A DNA stretch of 64,000 nt, taken from a virus. Made by a program: the position numbers and the translations under genes. The notes under the pieces are model-generated. The model saw only the letters and a list, made by a program, of their open reading frames with translations, had not been told where the DNA came from and made no database searches. Of the stretch, positions 48,571-57,100 are shown one piece after another. Location of the stretch: the IMG/VR virus record IMGVR_UViG_3300037826_000058, positions 1-64,000 of that record. The stretch is one strand, 5' to 3'. Numbering within the stretch: the stretch's first letter is position 1; each line of letters starts with the position of its first letter.

Positions 48571-48858
48571 TTATTGCTTGCGTACAAGATTTGCTACAAC
48601 TTCATCACGGCCCACGGAGAACCAACCTGGGATAGCCGTAGCATACGATAAAACCCTCACGATCATTGTCACAATCTCTGTGGCTTGATTGCTTAGGTAT
48701 CCGGCACCCAGCACTTCTGCCGTTGCCAAGAGAACCGTTCCAACCAGAAGCGCAATTCCCATTGTTACCTTGGAATCAGGCTCCCAAAACAGCTTTATTG
48801 TTTGCACGATCCCAACGACTAGAGCAGCGACCTCTACAGTTCCAATTGTAATATCCAT
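48571..48858 (-). CDS. Probable holin
   Basis: 95 aa, about 3 TM helices, last gene after the cell-wall hydrolase candidates. Confidence 0.6.
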   Translation of the reverse strand: MDITIGTVEVAALVVGIVQTIKLFWEPDSKVTMGIALLVGTVLLATAEVLGAGYLSNQATEIVTMIVRVLSYATAIPGWFSVGRDEVVANLVRKQ

Positions 48859-49631
48859 CAGAACCCCCTATCCCGAATCACCTTCGGGATTTCGTTTAAC
48901 GCCCCACTTTCCCCTCGCCATGTTTCAAATTTATGTTCTTCCAATGGTGACGAGATGCAAAACGAGAGAGCGGCAAATACATTCTCTCGGTTGTTCAGCT
49001 CTCTATAGAATTCCAGATACTCACTTGCTTTATCTTCTTTACTCACGATTGCCGATGAGTTTGAGAAGATAACTATTACCGGTATATCAAAGTGAGCTAG
49101 ATAGGAATCTATTCTAAAAATCGCCTGACGCATACCACCACGCTGACTCCAGTGAGCGCGTAGTTGGTAGTAATCGGCTGTATCCTGTGCTTTGTAGATA
49201 GCCTCCGAATGCAGCTTCCACACCTCGTTTATCTTCTTGGCGCTACCGAACAGGCTATTATCTTGCCTGCCATACCAGAAAGGCGGTAAGATAAACTTGG
49301 CTTCTGGGAAGTGCTTTTTCATCTGAGACACAATACCTGCCCACCACGCCCCGTATTGCTTCCCATCCCACCACCACTCTCTGTATCCTCCTCCTAGAGA
49401 GTTGGGACATTGATGTATCACGAAATAGCGAAAGCCCTTGTCATACGCATCCGCTACTCGCAATGCACATTTATCGTCCGCCTCAGGGTGGTAAATCAAG
49501 CGTGTATCTGACAGAGTAGGATTATATGATGTTTGCACTATGTCCAGGTGAGCAAAGGTTATAACGTCTTTGTCTAGATCATTGAGTGGCTCAGACTGTC
49601 TCCCCATCGCTCCCACTAGCATGTTTACCAT
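48858..49631 (-). CDS. Glycoside-hydrolase-like (TIM barrel) protein, possibly inactive
   Basis: Pattern resembles the GH-like domains of the upstream gene, but the NEP and TE positions read QCP and FS. Confidence 0.4.
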   Translation of the reverse strand: MVNMLVGAMGRQSEPLNDLDKDVITFAHLDIVQTSYNPTLSDTRLIYHPEADDKCALRVADAYDKGFRYFVIHQCPNSLGGGYREWWWDGKQYGAWWAGIVSQMKKHFPEAKFILPPFWYGRQDNSLFGSAKKINEVWKLHSEAIYKAQDTADYYQLRAHWSQRGGMRQAIFRIDSYLAHFDIPVIVIFSNSSAIVSKEDKASEYLEFYRELNNRENVFAALSFCISSPLEEHKFETWRGESGALNEIPKVIRDRGF

Positions 49632-49649
49632 TATACCTTTTTCGACACG

Positions 49650-52600
49650 TCAAGCAAGGTTTTGTATAGCTTTCAGGATAGCGTGTTGATTTTCAAGCCC
49701 AAACGGGGCTTGGTCACCCGCTTCTTGGTAACGATAGAACACTGCGTCCATGCCAAGTGACCTGATATACACACCAGCCTCTTCAACCCACTCTGTGTTG
49801 TCGTTTTCCCACCCCAATTCACCGTTTCCCTTGCGTTGGGGGTTTAGCTCTGTGACTATGACTGGCAAGCCATGCCATTTAGGGGGTATCCAAGAGACCT
49901 GATCTTCCAGCGTCTTTAGATGTAGATACCTGCCCAACAATGGCGCATGGCTGAATTGTTCCTCAGACCATACTTGCGCAGGGTCATTGCCCTGTGTTTT
50001 GGCGTGAAGTGCTATGAAGGTCATTTTAATTGCACCTTCATAGATTACCCTGGCCCAATCAGCGGGGTCTCCTGTAACCCCAAACTCCTGTGCTACCACA
50101 TTGTAGGAGTCTAGTGATGCTGGCGTTACGTTGGCATCTAACCCGTTGACGATATTGTTGTATACCGATAGATAGTGTTCTGGTGTGATGACCTCGGATG
50201 GGTTGGGGTAGCCTCCCGGCCACTCGGTCGGGTTGTTAATCTCGTTGCCGATAATCCATCCGGCAACTCCTCTAGAGTGCTTGATACTTTCTCGCACCAC
50301 GTCAATCCAACGAGACACCTTGTTTGACGGTGGGATAGTGCCTGTTCCAGCGTACCCCCAGTTAATGCGCACATAAGTTTCAATGCCGTGGTCTTTGAAT
50401 TCTCGACAATCAATTCCCACTGGTGTATCTGTAACTTGATGTAGAGCCAAACAAACCCCTTTCATATTATGACGTTGCATCCATGCGCCACCAGCTAGGT
50501 CGTGTAAACCAAACTTAGACTTCCCAACTGGTGGCGTTGGACTAGGGTTTGGTGTATGCCCTGCTATGTGAACAGCCCTGATTCCTCCAGCCTGATTCCA
50601 TCTCCACGTTTTATCCCTACCATCCCAAGTGTCTGTGATAATGAGATTCCCGTTGCGTATCTCTTTCAGATAAACATAGTGCTTGTAGTCTGAGCGTGGT
50701 AAGATGATTTCCCACCCGTTATCCATTAGAGATTGCAGTTCTGATGCGCTGTGTGCTCTGTTTATGTGCTTGACATCATCGAAATACGATGGGAACACAT
50801 CAACGATATTACCCCAAAGCATGAAATGGTCATTGTCAAACATCATTCGGCTATCTGTGAAGAGTTTATCCATGAGGTCGGGTGTAATATCTATACCGTA
50901 TCGCCGGCGGAAAATCATGGTCACACCAGTCATGAAGCACCCGTAGGCTCCTATAGTACCACCTCCTGGGTGCTCACCAAAGTCGTAGTCACGCCATGGC
51001 AACCAGTTTTGCCCCACTCGCCAATCTTCACCTTCTGGTAACGGGGGCAGTATCATCATTGCAGCTTCCCAGGGGGTTTCAGCATAGACGGGCACGAAAA
51101 TTGTACCTGGGTAGTGCTTGTCGTACCATGCCTGTGTTAGCCCTGTACCAATCTCATTTGGGTTAATAGCTAGAACCCTGCGGGTCTTTGGCCCCCATAG
51201 CCCAGCGTCATCGGCGCTCATTCCAACCGTGCGTTGTGTCTTGCTTGCGCCTATAGACACACCTTGATACCATTCCTTGTCGTGCAACAGAACATAGGTT
51301 CTATCATATGGCACTCTTGGTTCGTGTGGTTGTGGCGGTGGGAGTGTAGTTGTAGTGCTCGACGGTTTCTGAGCATAATCATCATAGTTGAATGGTGTGG
51401 TTGGAGAGGATTGAATGGTAGCAATCAAGTCGTCAGCAGCCTCGGTTCCAGCCACGTCGAAGTCTGCCCATGCCCCTCCATAATTGCCCCAACAGAACAG
51501 ACAGCACCCTACAACATACGGGTCTTTTGCCAACTCACTGGCGTACCAGCGAACTTGTTCTGCATAGTATGAAGCGGCGTCACCGGTATAGGGTATAGGC
51601 CCGTCATGATTATTTTTCCAGAAATCTCCTAACCCTTTCCACGTACCAAATGGCACATTGTCATATTTGTTAGCAAGTGGGTCAACCCCACACTCGGCTA
51701 TCACAATAGGAACAGTTAATCCTTCTGGCTGAAACCACTGTCGGTAAACCTTGCGATACCGAAAGGTCAACCACCCCTCGTCGTCTTCATTCCCCCCATC
51801 GGGTTGATAAGGCCCATAGCAACCCCATATCCAGGGGTGGGAATATTCGTGCAGACCTAGTATTGCTTTGTAATCCCAAGCAGCCCTGATTGCTGGCATG
51901 AAGTGTTCCCAGAGATGTAGTGGTGGTGTACCTGTAGAGAAGTTGCCAATGCAGCACCGCATACCCAAATCATCCATCAATTTCATACGCTCTATCTCGA
52001 ATTGAGCGTACCATGCCATAGCATCAGCGTCATCGTAGTCATCGCCCCACAAAACCGGCTCGTTGTGCGCTGTCATGTAAACGATTCCGGGGTTGTTCTC
52101 CCAGATATGTTTGTCACGCTCGACAATCTCTCTCGCTGATTCCTGTGGTGATTTTCCGGACTTATATTGTGCTTGTGCGGATGGATTGCCCTGCGCTGGG
52201 GCACCTATACAGAGGGTATTAGAATGGGCTTCATTTGATATACCCCAAGTCCCATTCAGGAGTAACGTGGCAGCCCCCGCTTTAGCCATTCTAAGCGTGT
52301 CTGGGTGCTCTTTAAGACAATACCCACCTATCTTAGTAGAACCCGTGATAGGGGGTAACGTTGTGGTTGTCGATGTGTCATCCTCTTTCTTTTTTAAGGT
52401 CAGGCCGTCTAGGAAAAACCCGTTATTGTCAAGCCCCCACTTTGCTTCCATTTCTATTGCAATAGTGACCTGGCTGGTAGTAGGAGTGAACTCAAACTTT
52501 AGGTGGTGTTTGTTTAGATAGAAGTTATCTACCTCACCTTCGCTATACCAATCAGTTGCATTCAAATCAGAAAGACTAGCGTTGCGAGGCCCATATAGTA

Positions 52601-52976
52601 ATCGAACACGCGCTGCGTAACTTCCTTTTTCTGGCTTTTTCTTTTCCCCAACCCACCTGAATGTATCCACGAACACAGGGATAACTGCGGTATACGTCTG
52701 GTGTGGCTCCAAGGATATAGATTGTTGCAGCCAGACGTGTATAGGTGCATGAGCTTTGAATACTTTGAAACAGTGTTCACCGTCAGTAAAATAGAGATGA
52801 TGCTCGCTGGGAGGAACATCTACCTTGCGTTTTATATTGGTTTCTGGTTGTTGTGTCCTTCCCCCTCCGAGGTTTTCCCCTTCAGTGAAGTTAAACCCCC
52901 AGTGAACGGGCACCTGCCCCGTTACTTCATCACGGTGCCCTTTCTCAAAGGAGCCGTTTAAGAATAAGTTGGTCAT
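49650..52976 (-). CDS. Multidomain cell-envelope hydrolase / endolysin candidate
   Basis: CBM-like NLFLNGSFE; GH-like HNEP/LHEY/IAECG; C39-like peptidase GTIGAYGC..KHYV..DTWDG; second GH-like GNEIN/LHAK/VTELN. Confidence 0.65.
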   Translation of the reverse strand: MTNLFLNGSFEKGHRDEVTGQVPVHWGFNFTEGENLGGGRTQQPETNIKRKVDVPPSEHHLYFTDGEHCFKVFKAHAPIHVWLQQSISLEPHQTYTAVIPVFVDTFRWVGEKKKPEKGSYAARVRLLYGPRNASLSDLNATDWYSEGEVDNFYLNKHHLKFEFTPTTSQVTIAIEMEAKWGLDNNGFFLDGLTLKKKEDDTSTTTTLPPITGSTKIGGYCLKEHPDTLRMAKAGAATLLLNGTWGISNEAHSNTLCIGAPAQGNPSAQAQYKSGKSPQESAREIVERDKHIWENNPGIVYMTAHNEPVLWGDDYDDADAMAWYAQFEIERMKLMDDLGMRCCIGNFSTGTPPLHLWEHFMPAIRAAWDYKAILGLHEYSHPWIWGCYGPYQPDGGNEDDEGWLTFRYRKVYRQWFQPEGLTVPIVIAECGVDPLANKYDNVPFGTWKGLGDFWKNNHDGPIPYTGDAASYYAEQVRWYASELAKDPYVVGCCLFCWGNYGGAWADFDVAGTEAADDLIATIQSSPTTPFNYDDYAQKPSSTTTTLPPPQPHEPRVPYDRTYVLLHDKEWYQGVSIGASKTQRTVGMSADDAGLWGPKTRRVLAINPNEIGTGLTQAWYDKHYPGTIFVPVYAETPWEAAMMILPPLPEGEDWRVGQNWLPWRDYDFGEHPGGGTIGAYGCFMTGVTMIFRRRYGIDITPDLMDKLFTDSRMMFDNDHFMLWGNIVDVFPSYFDDVKHINRAHSASELQSLMDNGWEIILPRSDYKHYVYLKEIRNGNLIITDTWDGRDKTWRWNQAGGIRAVHIAGHTPNPSPTPPVGKSKFGLHDLAGGAWMQRHNMKGVCLALHQVTDTPVGIDCREFKDHGIETYVRINWGYAGTGTIPPSNKVSRWIDVVRESIKHSRGVAGWIIGNEINNPTEWPGGYPNPSEVITPEHYLSVYNNIVNGLDANVTPASLDSYNVVAQEFGVTGDPADWARVIYEGAIKMTFIALHAKTQGNDPAQVWSEEQFSHAPLLGRYLHLKTLEDQVSWIPPKWHGLPVIVTELNPQRKGNGELGWENDNTEWVEEAGVYIRSLGMDAVFYRYQEAGDQAPFGLENQHAILKAIQNLA

Positions 52977-52986
52977 TTTTACCTCT

Positions 52987-53794
52987 TTAATCCATTAACA
53001 CTTGTCCTAGAAACTCCCCAAATGGTTGAACAGATTCACCGCAAGCATTAGTACCACCCTTTACCAGGATTTCTCCGGCTAGTGGTGTAGGATGGTTGTC
53101 TGACACGGTGTACGCGGAATAAACTGAATTCTCACTTCCGCATGTCATATACTCAAAGACATCGTAAACGTAAACATTATCAAATTGCGGTGCCCACGTA
53201 TTCACCATCCACTCTGAGAACTGGCGATCATAGGCTGTATCGTTCATGTGAGGTCACAGTGTCCAGAACACAAACTTAACATCAGACTGAGCAAGCACGG
53301 AGCCGAGGTTGTTGTAAGCACCCTGATACGATTGCAATTCATTAGCGCTAATCTGACTATTTACGAAACAGTGTTTGAGTACCACAGTGTCATAATCACC
53401 GAACTGGTCAGGGTTGCAAACTGTCCCTACTTCACTGTGGTCACTTCCATTGCTAGGTCTGGCTTCACTACAGGCTCCCCCCGCCAGAATGTTGTTATGG
53501 TCTGTTGGATAATTACCATCATATCCAGGCCACCAAACCTCACCTATCGTAACATCACCCCCGTAATTGTTGTATAACCAACGTGGCAGAGCTTCACACG
53601 AACCGTCTGAGCAATCGCTGTCTACATATTCGTCAAAGTCGTACAAATTCCAAATAGGGTCATGGTCATGTGCATATACTCTGTCACCGGTGCTATGGTG
53701 TGTGGATAAGATGCGCTCACTCACTTCCCCGCTTGGCGTTGGTGCAGGCGTATACGATTATCCCGGCTAGGATATATAATGTGTGCTTATGCAT
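52987..53794 (-). pseudogene. Disrupted secreted-protein gene (frameshift plus in-frame TGA)
   Basis: ORFs 53254-53724 and 52987-53247 share a frame across one TGA; a signal-peptide-like start at 53794 is in another frame. Confidence 0.55.
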
Positions 53795-54158
53795 TTAGTT
53801 CTTCCTCCATATTCATATCTAGTTGCTGATAGATGTCTGCAATTTCTTCATAACGTCCAGCTGTCCATCCTTGGAACGACCTCACAGATTGTTGCATGAT
53901 TGCTTTGCATTCATTCGGTACTTCTACAGTAAAGACTCTTTGAGTGTCATCCCAAAACACTCTTCCCCTATCGTCAATCTGTAATCCTACTTCTTCTGTT
54001 TCTTGAGGTGTTAATTCTAGCGCTTTAAGTATCTTATTCCCCAAGTACATAACTTGTAAGTTTCCTTGCACTTGCCCTACAGCTATCGACAATGTTACTC
54101 GTTGCCAGGTGTTTAATTTGAGTTTCACTTTCAACCCTCCTAGTCTAATTGTACCCAC
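53787..54158 (-). CDS. Hypothetical protein after the tail fibre (chaperone-like position; start probably near 54131)
   Basis: GGAGG RBS; position in the operon. Confidence 0.6.
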   Translation of the reverse strand: MGTIRLGGLKVKLKLNTWQRVTLSIAVGQVQGNLQVMYLGNKILKALELTPQETEEVGLQIDDRGRVFWDDTQRVFTVEVPNECKAIMQQSVRSFQGWTAGRYEEIADIYQQLDMNMEEELNA

Positions 54159-57100
54159 GATGAACCATTATACCATTCAATATGAGTACCATTTCTCCTT
54201 AATCTATATGTGCTACTGTTAAAATGAATTTCACCAGCATTAGGCTCGTCTGACGATGACCCTCCAACATTAAGACCTCCGCTAATAAAAGTGTTTCCCC
54301 CTGTAAGAAACATTGCTGTGCTTCCATCAAGCGAAAAACTTATAGAAGGCGCTGAACTTAAAGTAATTAAAGCCCCAGCAGTTGATGTATTCAAACTAGT
54401 TGCCTGTATTCTTATTGACGATGTGTTGTCACCTGTAAGATAAGCGTTTACAGAACGAATATACATTGTTTGGCTACCGGTGTGTCGGCACTGAATGTAT
54501 GCAGAGGCGTCTTCTGCGCTTCCCCATCTGATGCTATTATATGGATATAGGTGGTCGTTTGCTAGCTTGATACCATCTTCGTCTAAAGTAACAGCTCCTC
54601 CCCCACAATATGCTTCACCGTTACTTGCGTTGATGTAGAACTGTCTTACATTGTTACTGTCATATCCCGCTATTTGGGTATCTGTAATCTCTATTCTAGC
54701 ACCACTAGTTGAGCTTCGTAAATCAAAAGCGCCATCTGTAATTGTCAAATCAGCACTGGCTATGTACAGATTGCCTTCGGCGGTGACCCTGAATTTCTTA
54801 CTGGCCTGAGTCCCCAGCCAGAATAGGTCTTGTGCTCCTGTAGCCGTAGGAATAACGCTACCACGAACATTTCCGCTGTTGTCCCACCACTCTTGTTCTG
54901 CACCGTATATTGCCAACCTGTAGTTGCTCATCACAATATGGTTGGCTGTGCTGCTACTCAAATCACTGCTTACCGCTATGCCATACTCATCATCAGGCTG
55001 TGTCGGTGGCTCGGTGAATATCCCCAAACCGCTTAGAATACCCATTCTAACGTGCAACGTCGCGTCTGTCCAAGGCTCTCCAGAATGTGTGGCTATGTCG
55101 ATGTATGGAGAATCTGCTGCATCACTGGTCATTTTGATGTACCCGCTTCCAGATTGACCATAATTGACAACGGCAGTACCACTAGGGAATGTACCAGCAG
55201 TGCCATCCATGCGCTCTACAACATAAGAATGGTAATCGTCTCCCCCAGATTCTACGCTATGAATCTTCAGCCAATTATCAAGCACGTTGGTTCCATCGAA
55301 AGCCTTCATACGCAGTATGTCACTGACCGCAAAAAGCTGTGCGCCAGAAACGGAGTCTTTCACGTCCATACGGAATTGCCCAGAAGCAAGCGTTGTGGTG
55401 GTTGACGTGGTAGTTATGCTGGTCGTGGTCGTGGTGGTTGTGGTTGTTGTGGTAGTTGTGGTGCCTGTTGCCACTGGCCCAATGGCGTCACCGTCGTCGT
55501 TGGCCCTGATCTCGTCAACGGAGACAGTACCGTTGAAACGCCGGGCGTTTTCTGGTCCTACTACGAAGACATCGGTGCTCTCAAATAGGTTATAATTCTC
55601 CAGCCCAGTAAGGCTCTCCTGAAGCACGTCGTGAATGTAGAAATCCACCTGTCCGTCACTAGCACCGTCAGAACTTTCACGCTGAATATAAATCTCTACG
55701 AATTCTTCAACATCAGTGTCGGTCTGATACGATGATGATGATACTGATGAAAGCCCACCATCTTGGTAAGCTGTGACTCTGAGCTTGGTGATTCCAGTGC
55801 CTTCGTCTGACGAAGCAAAGATAAAAAATCTCAACAGCAGGTTGACGACCCCACCACTACCATCCCCCTCACCCACCCATATTGGGAAGGACTCGACCAA
55901 CTGATAATCGCGTATCGTGTCGTGCGGGTGGAAATAGAGCCTGAATCTGAGATCGGCAGAGGGGTTAATGTCCTTCCATACTCGGCAGTCTGTTCCACCA
56001 TCACCATCACCTAATATTTCCAGTCCATAATTAGTCCCTGCTAGGGCTGAAGAAGCATTTATGCTGATGTCACTACCGGCAGACCCATCCCACCAATCTG
56101 AAACGTTGCCATATTCGTGAGTGATGTTAAAGAGCTCGCCAGATGCAAGGGTTGTTGTTGTGCTGGTGGTTGATGTGCTGGTAGTTGTTGTCGTTGTAGT
56201 TGAGGTTGTGGTGGTTGACGTGGTGGTTGTGGTCGTAGTAGTTGTTGTTGTCGTTGTGGTCGTAGTAAGAGGCCCAATCTCTGTACCAGTAGTGTTTCCT
56301 ACGACCTCATCCATATAGAGTGTACCAGATGTTCCCGCGTCGATGCCCCAGATTGGGCCAACCCAGATACCATCAATAACACCAAAAGCATCATAGTTGT
56401 CGAGATTGGAAATCGTATCTTCAAGTGACCCGTCAACCCACATGCGCAACCTGCCATCGCCAGCAGTGCTATTTGATGCTCTTTCTAAGTGAATCTCTAC
56501 ATAGTGTGAAGCATCGGTAATCGTGACCCAGCTTCCGTAATGCTCGGTGTAATCATCTTCTTCAGCATAGGTTCTAATCTGGTAGTCAGAACCATTGTAA
56601 CCCAGTGTTATATCAGCAATCTCGTGTGGAGCTGAGCTACAATGCACCTGGAATGTCCAGAACCATTCATCGGTTCCGAAGGTCATCGAGTTGGGGTCAA
56701 TATAGAATCGGATACGCAGGTCGGTTGATGGAGCGGAAAAGTTCTTTATCCCATAGATATTATCTGTGTTGTCTATGAGTATGTTCAATCCATAATTTGT
56801 ACCCGCAAGCGCGGCGGCTGCTGCGACTGTTAGGTCACCCCCACCCGTTTCTGTAACGTCATAATCTGATAAATCACCCTCTTCGTGATCTATGCAGAAT
56901 ATCGTGCTTGTTGTCGTGGTGGTCGTAGATGTTGTTGTGGTTGTTGTAGTGGTGGTCAGGCTAGTGGTCGTTGTGGAGGTGGTTGTGCTAGTTGTGCTTG
57001 TTGTCGTGGTAGTTGTAGTCGTTGTCGTGGTCGTGGTGGTTGTCGTGGTCGTCGTGGTCGTGGTAGCCTCTCCAATGGAATCACCGCTACTGTTGGCATA

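Noticed and set aside
53254-53256. Selenocysteine or genome-wide TGA recoding
   Set aside because: TGA terminates many intact genes here (terL, the first FtsK, the helicase); no evident SECIS; the gene has a second lesion.
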